A stretch of DNA of 64,000 nt, from assembly GCA_003252535.1 (NCBI GenBank), contig QKDN01000046.1:27183-91182 (forward strand). The letters run 5' to 3'. Below the pieces are notes generated by a model. It saw nothing but the letters and a program-made list of their open reading frames with translations. It was not told the DNA's origin and did no database searches. Below are positions 20,907 through 29,956 of this stretch, piece by piece; position 1 is the first letter of the stretch, and each line of letters opens with the position of its first letter. Made by a program: the position numbers and the translations under genes. Source of the DNA: Campylobacterota bacterium. Its GTDB lineage: Bacteria; Campylobacterota; Campylobacteria; Campylobacterales; Sulfurovaceae.

Positions 20907-23900
20907 TTATGCCCTCGCCTTCACTTCGGTATAGAAGTTGTTCTTTTTTGTAGTCTTGAGCGTCTCTGCCGAGATCGCGTTCATCTCTTTGATCGTCTTT
21001 ATCAGCTCCATATTTTGCGACACCATAGAGCTCATCGACTTCTGCATATCCTGAAAGCTTCGCGTAGATACACGATCGACAGCAGTTGCCAGCTGCGGCG
21101 CCAACAGTCCGAATGACTGCTTGATATCCTGGGAGCCGGAGACGGATGCTTTTGCCGCTGTACTTGCAAGCTGCTGGGCAGTAGACGCAGATGATCTGCG
21201 CGTCCCGGTAGAGGCATTTGCAACCGTGCTCGCCAGTAGAGCCGCTGATTCAGTAATATATTTTTTGTCAGACTCTGATATTTTTTTCCCGGTGTTGGGC
21301 TGGGTGCCACCGCCCTCCCTGGCGATCAGTGCATCTATCATTTTGATCGCCGATGCGTTCACACTCTCGTCGATCTTGAGCAGCGTGGCGTCTATATTCT
21401 CGAGCAGCGCCTGCTCGGGAGGTGTTGCTATCCCCTGTATGTCAGCATTGGCTTTGGTGATCATAGAGATGAATTCCGCTTCGTTCCTAGCCGAGCTCTG
21501 CGCCTTTTCTGCAAAGTTCTGATAGGCGCCGGATACCCCTGCATAGTCACCGTTGTTGATCGCTTGCGACAGGAGTGTTTGGGACTGCGCCACCGTCCCG
21601 ATCGTGTACGAGCGCAGCGTCTCCATAGATGACTCTTTGGCCGAGAGTATGGATTCGCGCAGTGCGTTCGAGGCCTCTATCTCGGCGTTGATCCCGTCGA
21701 TCCTGGTCTGCTCTAGCTCTTTGAGCCTGTCCTTTTCTGCATTCGCCCAGGTATCTATCTGGGAGAGAACATCTTCTGATGCGACGCCCGATCTGATATT
21801 CTTCTGGATACCCGATGCAGTGATTTTGGCCGGCGTCGTATAGGCTGCCTTCGCATCGAGCAGCGTCTGCATAGCCGCCGCCCTCTCGTCTGCGAGCTGT
21901 TGCTCGTTGTCCATGAGCTGCTGCTGCATATCATAGAGTTCTGCGAACTGCGGAGAGAGTTCAAGGAGCTTGTCCTTGAGGGTCTCACCTGTCTTGCCGG
22001 TGAAGCTGAGCGAATCTACCAGATTTTTGAATTCTTCTTTTGTCTGTGGCATAGTGAGCCCAAGTGCATTCATGCTGTTCTGCAAATCTCCGGCAAGCAT
22101 GGAGGCCTGCTCCTCCGTGGAGTAGAAGCTACCTATAAAGCTATCAAGTGCTGCTTGTCTCGTGTCGTTGAGCTGCTGCTCCATATCATAGAGTTCTACG
22201 AACTGCGGAGAGAGTTCAAGGAGCTTGTCCTTGAGGGTCTCTCCCGCTGCTCCGCTGAGACCGAGCGAGTCTGCCAGTTTATTGAATTCTTCTTTCGTCT
22301 TTGGTGTCATCGTGTCTGCGTTTCCACTGAAGCTGAGCGAATCTACCAGATTTTTGAATTCTTCTTTTGTCTGTGGCATAGTGAGCCCAAGTGCATTCAT
22401 GCTGTTTTGCAAATCTCCGGCAAGCATGGAGGCCTGCTCCTCCGTGGAGTAGAAGCTGGAGATGTAGCTGTCCAATGCTGATTGCCTCTTATCCGCGAGC
22501 TGCTGCTCCATGTCGATCATCTTGGCATACTCCGGGGAGAGTGCTATGAGTTCGCCATAGAGCTTGGCACTCTCCTCGTCCGTTACTTTGAATCCCTGGA
22601 TCAGATCGGCAAAACCTTCGGCTGTGTCGGGGAGCTTGATACCAAGAGTCTTGGCCGAGCTTTCCAGGTTGTTTTTGACGATGTTGTACTGTTCCTGGTC
22701 CGAGAGGAAGTTTTGCTGGAATGACTGCATGGCAGACGAGAATGCATCCTGACCACCGGCAGCTTCTACCACATCGAGGGTGGCCTCCTGCGCAGAATAT
22801 ATCTTGCCCCATCCTTTGCCGAAGCTTGCCATTGATGATGCCATTTGTACAGCCATAGAGGAAGCAGCATCCATATCCCCGTTCTGAATAGCTGCTGACA
22901 TGCTCTTAGCCATAGTAGACATGGAGTTGCCGGTCTTATGTGACTTGACTATATTGTCGCCTATGATGACGCCGATATCCTCCAGCTGTGCTGAAGACTG
23001 CTCGTATGTGACCGCCAGACGCCCAAGCGTCTCCAGACCATCCTCCCCTGCCTTGCCGTATTTATCTACCCAGCGGTCGATTTCACCTACGCCGCCAAGT
23101 ACCCCAGAGAAATACTCGCTATACGCCGCCTCTATACGTTTTGATGCCTCTTCTGGCGACAACCCCTCAAGGTCTATCTTGCCGATCTCGACCTCGACCT
23201 TCTTGAGCGCATCTTCGTATTGACCGAGCCCGAGCGTCCCGATCGCCTCGAAGATGAAATCATAACCCTCCTGGAACGCCTCTGTGAAATATGACTGCTG
23301 TTCAGCAGTGAGGTCGATGACGGTATCTTTTGTGTACTGCTTCGTCGACAGCCCGAAATATTTTTTCTTCGTGATGATCTCTGTCGTATACCCCTGTACT
23401 ACGCCATCCATGAAGGTATCGTAGCTTGAAGCCCCCATGATCACTCCGGTGCTGAGCATCTCCCGGGAAGTCGAGCTCCAGATGCCTCCTGATTGCGACG
23501 GCTTGTAGTCAGCCCCCGTCAGGTCGACCCCTGCCGATCCGGCTACGGAAATGGCTTTCCCTATGAGAACGAAGTTCTTGTCCATTGAGGCGAGATACTT
23601 CGTCATCTGGTAGGTAGATTCGAGCAGCGGGTCCTGTGCACTCTCGAATATCCCTTTCAGATTTGCCAGTGACTCGTCTGAGAAGTCCGTGCGCCCTTTG
23701 GCTGCTTCTTTTTCTGCATCGGTGAGGGTATCGGTGAGGGATGACGACAGAAATGAAAGTCCTACCCCGATGGCCATTGCAAAGACATTACCGCTCATCC
23801 CCCCCAGGCTATTGAGCCCGGAGCTTAAGGTGGATGCAAGCGACTCCGAGAGGTTGTTGACTATCGGTTTGACGAGCTCTGAGGAGACTCCATCGACAAA

Positions 23901-25859
23901 ACCTTTGAACGCACCGGAGAAGTCCCCTTTGAAAACACCCCCCAGCAGCCCTTTGAACTCGTCGGTGAAGTCGAGTGCGCCGCCATGGTGTTTCTTCCAC
24001 ATTGCGTCATTGGCTTTAGCGACATCTTCAGCGGTCATTTTCCCGGCAGCCCTGAGCTTCTCGAATTCTTTCTTCGCCTCTGCTGCGTCAAGCTCGAAGA
24101 GTTTTTCCTTCTGTCCTGTCAGCTCCAGGAATTTGCGGTAGGATGATTCCAGGTCTTTGGTGGATGAGGCTGCATTCTTCACGCCTGATGCGTGTTCTTT
24201 TGCCGCATTGACCCCTTTTTTCCCGCTTTCATCAGCCTTTTTCCCCATATCTTCGGTCGCTTTTGACAGCTCTTTGGTAGATGCGGTTTCTTTGGCAGTT
24301 TCCTTTGTTACCTTGCCTGTACCCGAAGCAATCTTTTTCCATGTATCTGCTATCGCATCTGCTGTGGTAGCCTGAGTCTTGTATGCTTCGTTAAGTGATG
24401 CATTTGTGCTTCCCGTATCGATGAGCTTTTTGGTAGATTTCGTTGCAGCTTCGATAGATGATTCGTACGAGCCTATAGATATAACGATAGGCTTGAATGG
24501 GTTTTCCTTTCCCGCTAACGCAAATACATTGTCAAAACCAGAAGAAAACGAATTGATAAACTCCGATACAACCCTGAGCAATCCATTGATCATAGCATAG
24601 AAACCCTCGCCGATAGCATCTACTACAAACTTGAAAGTGTTCTGCATAGATACAGTCAGAGAGTTCCATCCATCGCCTATTACATTGATTCCATCTTCAA
24701 TACCCAGTACTACTTCGTAGAAGCCAACGCGCAAGGTTGCTCCCATGTTCAGGAATCCAAGCCCGGCAAGCTGTGCAGTAGAACCGACATGAACCCCTAG
24801 TGCTGCTATGAGATCAAGAACCCCATTGACCTCGTCTTTGATTTGCAGAAAGTCCAGTGCGCCACCCAAGGCATCACTGATACCTTCACCCACGACAACT
24901 ATTGCTTGAGGAAGATATGAAAAAGTGTCGTATATATCCCCGGCCATCGTGACGAAAGTACCGGTTACGGATTGTCCGATACTGGCTGCTTCTGGTCCGA
25001 GGTCATTGAGTATGCGGGTGAGCTCTTTCGCCCCATCTTTCTGCGCGTCGAATATCGGCTGTGTGATCTTCCCGGCGAACATATCCCATGTCGTGCTGAG
25101 GTTGGACATGGCGTAGGCGTATGTATCCTGCTCGGTACCGGTCTCGCTGAGTTTCTCTTTGAGGAACGCTACTTTGTCCCCGGCGGCAGCGTAGGATTCT
25201 TTGGTGACGCCAAGTGTCTGCATCATCTTGCCGAAACCGCTGTTGGCATCCCATGTGCCGTCCGCCATATCGTTGATCCCGGCTGAGAGATCATCGGTCG
25301 AGAGGTTCAGGTTGGATGCGCTGTTGGTGACGAGCTTGAGTATATCCGCCTGATCCTTGAGCGCCCAGTTGTTGCGCTCCATCCCCGGTTTGGCGAGGGC
25401 ATAGATATCGACGAGCTCGCTCATCCCCCTGCCGGTCTTTGTGCTGGTCTTCTCGAGGAGTGACATCATCGCCGCCACTTCGCCGGATACGAGCTTCTGC
25501 CGCTCCATCGCCGTGACCTGTTGCCCTGTTGTGAGCGTCAACCCTTTGGATGCCAATACGATCGCTGTCAACTTTGCCTTGCTAGCGTCCATGGTCTTGT
25601 TGTATTCAAGACCGCTATGCATGACAAAATCGAATGCCTGTTTGAGCGATATGATCTTTCCGACACTCGAGCCCAGATCGCTGATGGTGTTTTTGATACG
25701 GCCGATGGCAGAGGATGTCTGCGCAGCCTCGGTTTTGAGACTGTCGAACTGTGTCAAGACGACACTTATATCCCCTGTCCTGGCATCGACCGAGAGGACG
25801 ATCTCAAGATTCTGTTGCATTTGCCTGTACCCCCCGCTCGATGGTTTTGATATTTTCAA
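20907..25859 (-). CDS. phage tail length tape measure protein
   Basis: 1650 aa, largely alpha-helical/low complexity, internal tandem repeats (MPQTKEEFKNLVDSLSF...LKDKLLELSPQF.ELYDM), directly downstream of G/GT chaperone pair; possible alternative start at MQQNLEIV (25820). Confidence 0.85.
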   Translation of the reverse strand: MKISKPSSGGYRQMQQNLEIVLSVDARTGDISVVLTQFDSLKTEAAQTSSAIGRIKNTISDLGSSVGKIISLKQAFDFVMHSGLEYNKTMDASKAKLTAIVLASKGLTLTTGQQVTAMERQKLVSGEVAAMMSLLEKTSTKTGRGMSELVDIYALAKPGMERNNWALKDQADILKLVTNSASNLNLSTDDLSAGINDMADGTWDANSGFGKMMQTLGVTKESYAAAGDKVAFLKEKLSETGTEQDTYAYAMSNLSTTWDMFAGKITQPIFDAQKDGAKELTRILNDLGPEAASIGQSVTGTFVTMAGDIYDTFSYLPQAIVVVGEGISDALGGALDFLQIKDEVNGVLDLIAALGVHVGSTAQLAGLGFLNMGATLRVGFYEVVLGIEDGINVIGDGWNSLTVSMQNTFKFVVDAIGEGFYAMINGLLRVVSEFINSFSSGFDNVFALAGKENPFKPIVISIGSYESSIEAATKSTKKLIDTGSTNASLNEAYKTQATTADAIADTWKKIASGTGKVTKETAKETASTKELSKATEDMGKKADESGKKGVNAAKEHASGVKNAASSTKDLESSYRKFLELTGQKEKLFELDAAEAKKEFEKLRAAGKMTAEDVAKANDAMWKKHHGGALDFTDEFKGLLGGVFKGDFSGAFKGFVDGVSSELVKPIVNNLSESLASTLSSGLNSLGGMSGNVFAMAIGVGLSFLSSSLTDTLTDAEKEAAKGRTDFSDESLANLKGIFESAQDPLLESTYQMTKYLASMDKNFVLIGKAISVAGSAGVDLTGADYKPSQSGGIWSSTSREMLSTGVIMGASSYDTFMDGVVQGYTTEIITKKKYFGLSTKQYTKDTVIDLTAEQQSYFTEAFQEGYDFIFEAIGTLGLGQYEDALKKVEVEIGKIDLEGLSPEEASKRIEAAYSEYFSGVLGGVGEIDRWVDKYGKAGEDGLETLGRLAVTYEQSSAQLEDIGVIIGDNIVKSHKTGNSMSTMAKSMSAAIQNGDMDAASSMAVQMASSMASFGKGWGKIYSAQEATLDVVEAAGGQDAFSSAMQSFQQNFLSDQEQYNIVKNNLESSAKTLGIKLPDTAEGFADLIQGFKVTDEESAKLYGELIALSPEYAKMIDMEQQLADKRQSALDSYISSFYSTEEQASMLAGDLQNSMNALGLTMPQTKEEFKNLVDSLSFSGNADTMTPKTKEEFNKLADSLGLSGAAGETLKDKLLELSPQFVELYDMEQQLNDTRQAALDSFIGSFYSTEEQASMLAGDLQNSMNALGLTMPQTKEEFKNLVDSLSFTGKTGETLKDKLLELSPQFAELYDMQQQLMDNEQQLADERAAAMQTLLDAKAAYTTPAKITASGIQKNIRSGVASEDVLSQIDTWANAEKDRLKELEQTRIDGINAEIEASNALRESILSAKESSMETLRSYTIGTVAQSQTLLSQAINNGDYAGVSGAYQNFAEKAQSSARNEAEFISMITKANADIQGIATPPEQALLENIDATLLKIDESVNASAIKMIDALIAREGGGTQPNTGKKISESDKKYITESAALLASTVANASTGTRRSSASTAQQLASTAAKASVSGSQDIKQSFGLLAPQLATAVDRVSTRSFQDMQKSMSSMVSQNMELIKTIKEMNAISAETLKTTKKNNFYTEVKARA

Positions 25860-26058
25860 GCGTATCCAGAGTATCTACGCCATATTTTCTGGCGTACTCG
25901 AATACGGTAGTAGGATCGATATAGATGGCAAATCCATTCCCGATCCTGCTGTTGGCCCATACGCGAATATGCCACAGGCTCCACTCATCCTCGAGGAACA
26001 CCAGTCCGTGCTCCTCTCTGTACCACTCTTTCCTCTTCTCGATCTCCTCGCTGTCCAT
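25804..26058 (-). CDS. tail assembly chaperone T-domain ORF (expressed as G-T fusion by -1 frameshift)
   Basis: 84-aa ORF in the -1 frame relative to upstream G-like gene; open through from slippery site; classic gpG/gpGT arrangement. Confidence 0.6.
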   Translation of the reverse strand: MDSEEIEKRKEWYREEHGLVFLEDEWSLWHIRVWANSRIGNGFAIYIDPTTVFEYARKYGVDTLDTLENIKTIERGVQANATES

Positions 26059-26117
26059 CCCCTCGAAGCCCGGCGTATCGCCGTTCGAGAGCTGTGTAGC
26101 GTAGGAGATGAGGTCTT

Positions 26118-26663
26118 CTACTTTTTTTTACGAGCCTCTGCTGCCAGGCTGGCAAGCTCCTGGTATGCGACCGTGAAGGCGAAGTTGAGCTCTTCGAGAC
26201 GGTTGACGAGCTTCTCTTTCTCAGGTCCGTCCTGGATGCCGATGAGGAACATCTCTTTGGCGATCGCATTGTCGCGTCTGTTTGTCGCTTCGATCTCCTT
26301 CGCACGGCTGTGTCTGGCGTTGATCTCTTCGAACTGGTCTTCGAGCTTTCGCTTGTCCGTTCGCATCGCCTGCACTTCCTGGAGCATCGTCTTCTTGATC
26401 GAAGCGTCCTCTTCGAGCGGGATGATCTGGAGAAGTCCGGAGATATCTTCTGTGACCCGGTTCAGTCTTTTCGAGACAGCTTCTTTCTCTTTTGCCGCAT
26501 CGATGATCGGGGCAAACTCCTCGTCGATCGCTGCGAATCTCTCCTCCATCTCCGGTGTGTCGATGAGCTCTTTGGGAGAGTTGAGATTGGCGGTGATGTG
26601 GTAGGTCTCTACCGTATCGCCCGCTTTGATTTTGAAGTCTAGTTTTGTCGTGTTCTGGATCAT
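26118..26663 (-). CDS. tail assembly chaperone (lambda gpG-like)
   Basis: 181 aa acidic protein between major tail protein and tape measure; ends ...AEARKKK* on the slippery heptamer. Confidence 0.65.
   Translation of the reverse strand: MIQNTTKLDFKIKAGDTVETYHITANLNSPKELIDTPEMEERFAAIDEEFAPIIDAAKEKEAVSKRLNRVTEDISGLLQIIPLEEDASIKKTMLQEVQAMRTDKRKLEDQFEEINARHSRAKEIEATNRRDNAIAKEMFLIGIQDGPEKEKLVNRLEELNFAFTVAYQELASLAAEARKKK
26121..26127 (-). promoter_or_regulatory. programmed -1 ribosomal frameshift slippery heptamer A_AAA_AAG (minus strand) overlapping the G-gene stop
   Basis: Minus strand reads cgt-aaa-aaa-aag-tag; a -1 slip gives GTA GAA GAC ... continuing without stop into ATG GAC AGC of the 25804..26058 ORF; frames verified by coordinate arithmetic. 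Confidence 0.6.
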
Positions 26664-26682
26664 GATATTTCCTTATTTATGA

Positions 26683-27612
26683 CTACGCATGGTATTTGCG
26701 TAGTTCGAAGTTGTCGTCTCCGTTGACCTTGCGGCACTCAAGTGTCCTCTCGATATTGATCAGACCGTCTTTCTTTGGTTTTTTCTGGCTGATCACCACA
26801 CATTTTGGAGCGATGAGCTCCCACTGTTTCGTCCCGTCCACGCTGAAGAGAGGGATGACGAAGTTGAACTCGGTACCGCTCTTGAGGTCGGCGAACGCAC
26901 CTGCATTGTCGGGGTCTGCGACCATCGTGACGGTGAGCTGCGGCTTCGTATCCATCGTGTAGCACGAGCCGCTGCATGTGTCTTTTGGCTGCTTGACATC
27001 TGCGCCCAGCGAGAAGTCCACCTTGGTGAAGTGCGCCTCCTGGCCGTTGACGAGGTATGCCGTACAGTTCTTGGTCATGTAACACTTCTCGAAACTCGGT
27101 ACCGATGGGAGCACGGCATCATCATCCACTGCGTCGAGCGATACCGCTTCATGCAGCTGGCTTACCATCTTGAAGCTCATCAGAGCCGCTTTGCCCACCT
27201 CGAAAGAGAGGTCGACGCTGGCTCTTGCCCCGTAGACCGCCGTGTGCTCTCTCAGACCGAGCTGCTTGAGCGATGCCGTGCTCTTCGATGTCGATGAGTA
27301 GGCGTATGATGTCCCTTCTGCGAATGAGGTACCGACAAGACCGCACATACCAAGCAGCGGCTCGATGAGAGTATGATCGGTCGGGATCTTGATCGAAATA
27401 TCCGTCTCTACCCCTGCGAAGTCCGCGATGACTGTGGTCTCTTTGGAGCCGTGATGCGCTGAGAGCGGATCGTTCTCATCCGTATCTACTTTGGGTTCCC
27501 AGAGGTCGCCCCCTTTTTCCATCGGTAGTACTACATCCGGTTCTACATATGTCCCCGGTACTGCTTCTGTTTTGATCTTGACGACTACGCCGTCTCTTGT
27601 ATATCCTGACAT
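26683..27612 (-). CDS. phage major tail (tube) protein
   Basis: 309 aa, position immediately upstream of G/GT/TMP, conserved synteny. Confidence 0.6.
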   Translation of the reverse strand: MSGYTRDGVVVKIKTEAVPGTYVEPDVVLPMEKGGDLWEPKVDTDENDPLSAHHGSKETTVIADFAGVETDISIKIPTDHTLIEPLLGMCGLVGTSFAEGTSYAYSSTSKSTASLKQLGLREHTAVYGARASVDLSFEVGKAALMSFKMVSQLHEAVSLDAVDDDAVLPSVPSFEKCYMTKNCTAYLVNGQEAHFTKVDFSLGADVKQPKDTCSGSCYTMDTKPQLTVTMVADPDNAGAFADLKSGTEFNFVIPLFSVDGTKQWELIAPKCVVISQKKPKKDGLINIERTLECRKVNGDDNFELRKYHA

Positions 27613-27615
27613 GGT

Positions 27616-27750
27616 TTATTTCTCCTTCTCTTTTTGTGGTGTAGGTTTTTTGGTTGTCCAGCCTTTGGCGATCCAGACAGTTTCCTGGCTCTCTGGTATC
27701 GTAAGCGGCGCGCCGTTCTTTGCATAGATCGTAATCGTTCTTTCTGTCAT
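27616..27750 (-). CDS. small phage tail-module protein (44 aa)
   Basis: MTERTITIYAKNGAPLTIPESQETVWIAKGWTTKKPTPQKEKEK; stop 3 nt before major tail ATG; not in ORF track (<60 aa). Confidence 0.35.
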   Translation of the reverse strand: MTERTITIYAKNGAPLTIPESQETVWIAKGWTTKKPTPQKEKEK

Positions 27751-27758
27751 GCTCTCTC

Positions 27759-28097
27759 CTATCTGATATCTTTGTATGTCACATTGAGCGTACACAGCAG
27801 CAGCCCCGATTCGGTGATGCCCGGCTGTGTCGTATCGGTATTGGATATATCGTATCCGCTCATCGATGCTTCGTAGAGCTTCTCCTCTATATCGTCCACG
27901 GTTGCCTCGAGAGCGGTGAGCGAGAAGTCTGCGACGATTATCCCCAGATGCCTCTCCGTTACCCCGATCTCCAGTCTTTCCATCCCGCCATAGAGGAGGA
28001 ACACCCCGCTCTCATTGACTCCAGTGACATCTGCGTCATTGATCGTCATGGGGGCGAGAGCCTCTCTGAGGGCGGCTTTGCTCGATGCGATACTCAT
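27759..28097 (-). CDS. phage tail completion/terminator-like protein
   Basis: 112 aa, first gene of tail operon next to divergent late-promoter region. Confidence 0.4.
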   Translation of the reverse strand: MSIASSKAALREALAPMTINDADVTGVNESGVFLLYGGMERLEIGVTERHLGIIVADFSLTALEATVDDIEEKLYEASMSGYDISNTDTTQPGITESGLLLCTLNVTYKDIR

Positions 28098-28406
28098 CGG
28101 CAGAGAGCTCCGCCCATCCGTACGCTTTTTCCTGTCCTATGTCCGTCTTCCAATCACTCCTCCTTCAAGTCGTTGTAGAGTCGCAGTATAGCAGTGGGAG
28201 GCGCTCGGGGTCACTCCATATACATGGATATCGAGTGACTTTGCTCCCGGGCTTCTCCTATACTTCATCCGAAACTACACAGGCCGGGTGCCGGCATACG
28301 GCAGGCGGGATATCCCGATAGCAGATATCGGGCAGGCCGGCAGAGAGACCCGGAACGAAGCCCGCTCCGCGCTCCCGCCGACTCCGGCAAGTACAGGACA
28401 AACACA

Positions 28407-28574
28407 ATGAAGATCAAAGAAGAGATCACCGCGATCATGCTCCGTGCAAAGAGTTTCGAGGAGGCGTTCGCCCTCCTTGCCGATGCCTGTCCCGATATGG
28501 ATATGGAAGCGCTTGAAGAGGCGTTCATGGGAGTGATGGAGAACGGGGAGCTGACGGGGACGGAAAGCAGCTGA
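28407..28574 (+). CDS. small acidic hypothetical protein (55 aa)
   Basis: MKIKEEITAIMLRAKSFEEAFALLADACPDMDMEALEEAFMGVMENGELTGTESS; first ORF of rightward late/lysis transcription unit; not in track. Confidence 0.3.
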   Translation: MKIKEEITAIMLRAKSFEEAFALLADACPDMDMEALEEAFMGVMENGELTGTESS

Positions 28575-28663
28575 GTGGAAGAGTGTATGCGGCGTGTGCC
28601 GTTTGGATGATTACGGGCGATTTAACGCCTGTTTAACGCATAGTATATATATGGAGGTGACTG

Positions 28664-29008
28664 ATGTTTGATATATTCGGTAAAGCAAGTGTGTGGATCA
28701 ACGAATCGCAGGTCATGGTCGCGGTGATATTCGGGGCGTTCGTGCAGTTCTTCTTCGGCAAGACGAAGAACGCGAAGGTCGCCGTCACCGTGGTGGTGAG
28801 CTCGATATTCGTCGCGCTCTATATCGTCCCGCCCATCGTGGAGCTCCTCAGGATAGCCAGTGACGGCTCGTGGGCGATCACCCTCTATGCCCTCTCCTCC
28901 GTGGTATCGATAGAGATACTTTCTATGGTGATAGCGATCCTGCCGCTCGCCATGAGGGAACGGGTGGAGGAGTATCTCCAGATCATGGAACATAAGGAGC
29001 CGAAATGA
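28664..29008 (+). CDS. holin-like membrane protein (3 TM)
   Basis: 114 aa, three hydrophobic helices, charged C-terminus, immediately upstream of spanin pair; opposite-strand ORF 28622..28993 is an antisense artefact. Confidence 0.5.
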   Translation: MFDIFGKASVWINESQVMVAVIFGAFVQFFFGKTKNAKVAVTVVVSSIFVALYIVPPIVELLRIASDGSWAITLYALSSVVSIEILSMVIAILPLAMRERVEEYLQIMEHKEPK

Positions 29009-29094
29009 GGATCAGAACAGTCCATTACCCCTACGCGATCATCCTGATAGCGGCAGCGGTACTCATCATCTCTCTGATCGGAGCTGCAAGATGA
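29005..29094 (+). CDS. small single-TM protein (29 aa), possible antiholin/lysis accessory
   Basis: MRIRTVHYPYAIILIAAAVLIISLIGAAR; ATGA overlap with holin stop and with downstream start. Confidence 0.25.
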   Translation: MRIRTVHYPYAIILIAAAVLIISLIGAAR

Positions 29095-29402
29095 TACCGG
29101 GATTTGTCGGCAGATACTGGCCGCTGCTCGTCGCCCTCTCGGGGGTGCTGTATCTGTATCATACGATCGACTCGCTCGGGACGCAGCTGGGAGCGTGTCG
29201 TGCAGAGCTCACGAGGATCGACGCCGTAGCCGCAGAGCAGAAGCGCCGGTACGAGGTCTCTGTGAGGAATTATGAGGATGCCATTATCAAAACGGCCAAT
29301 GCATACGAAGAGGATATCAGGAAGATAGAAGAGTTCAAAGGAGAAGCCAATGAGACGAGCTGTCAGAGCGCTGAGCGTATGTTTGACGGTTTCAGCTATT
29401 AG
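29091..29402 (+). CDS. inner-membrane spanin subunit (Rz-like i-spanin)
   Basis: 103 aa, N-terminal TM then coiled-coil periplasmic domain. Confidence 0.5.
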   Translation: MIPGFVGRYWPLLVALSGVLYLYHTIDSLGTQLGACRAELTRIDAVAAEQKRRYEVSVRNYEDAIIKTANAYEEDIRKIEEFKGEANETSCQSAERMFDGFSY

Positions 29403-29589
29403 CGGCTGCACGGGCACTGCACCGCTGCCGGCACCGCAGCCGTGCGTCACGCCGACGGTAGCCAGACCGGTGATGGACAACAGCCGCTGCGGCGATATCC
29501 TCTGCCGCTCGCGCCAGTGCCTGCACAACTACATCGCCATGCGCGCCTACGCCGAGCGTCTCGAAGCGGCGGCATCGGTATGCCGCTAA
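29350..29589 (+). CDS. outer-membrane lipoprotein spanin subunit (Rz1-like o-spanin), overlapping i-spanin in another frame
   Basis: 79 aa, lipobox AISGC, Pro-rich mature region (APLPAPQPCVTP), starts inside i-spanin gene. Confidence 0.55.
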   Translation: MRRAVRALSVCLTVSAISGCTGTAPLPAPQPCVTPTVARPVMDNSRCGDILCRSRQCLHNYIAMRAYAERLEAAASVCR

Positions 29590-29736
29590 GCCGCTGCGTT
29601 ACCCGCGGCAGACGCCCCGGAAATATGAGTCAAAAAAGATAAAGTTCAGAGAGATGAGGTGAAGCGGATGCGTCCAGACCTCTTTGGAGAAGATATAAAA
29701 AAGAAGATGGATACCCCCGCCGGGCGGCGGATCGGG

Positions 29737-29946
29737 TCATGCGTACTGTCTCTTGGGGGGCAGGTCGATATCCTTGTCCACCTCGACGCTGTGTCTGGCG
29801 TACTCCCTCCAGTAGTCGTCGAAACGGATCGCTTCGATGGTCTGGAATGTAGCGTCGCACTGCGTACACTTGCGGAACCTGTGGGTAGTGGGGCCGCGCA
29901 CCGTACCCACTACGCGGGTCGTCCCCTGACACTTTGGACAATCCAT
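29737..29946 (-). CDS. Ogr/Delta-type C4 zinc-finger late transcription activator
   Basis: 69 aa, CPKCQ...x22...CTQC spacing as in P2 Ogr. Confidence 0.55.
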   Translation of the reverse strand: MDCPKCQGTTRVVGTVRGPTTHRFRKCTQCDATFQTIEAIRFDDYWREYARHSVEVDKDIDLPPKRQYA

Positions 29947-29956
29947 CTCTGACCCC

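Noticed and set aside
21880-22530. Possible CRISPR-like regularly spaced repeats
   Set aside because: The repeats are in-frame coding repeats of the tape measure protein. There are no short unique spacers and no cas genes. Likewise, the RCC1 gene repeats at 14700..16700 are protein-domain repeats.
28622-28993. 123-aa minus-strand His/Arg-rich ORF
   Set aside because: Antisense to the 3-TM holin-like gene. A hydrophobic coding strand gives a charged antisense translation. The + strand ORF has coherent TM topology and operon context.
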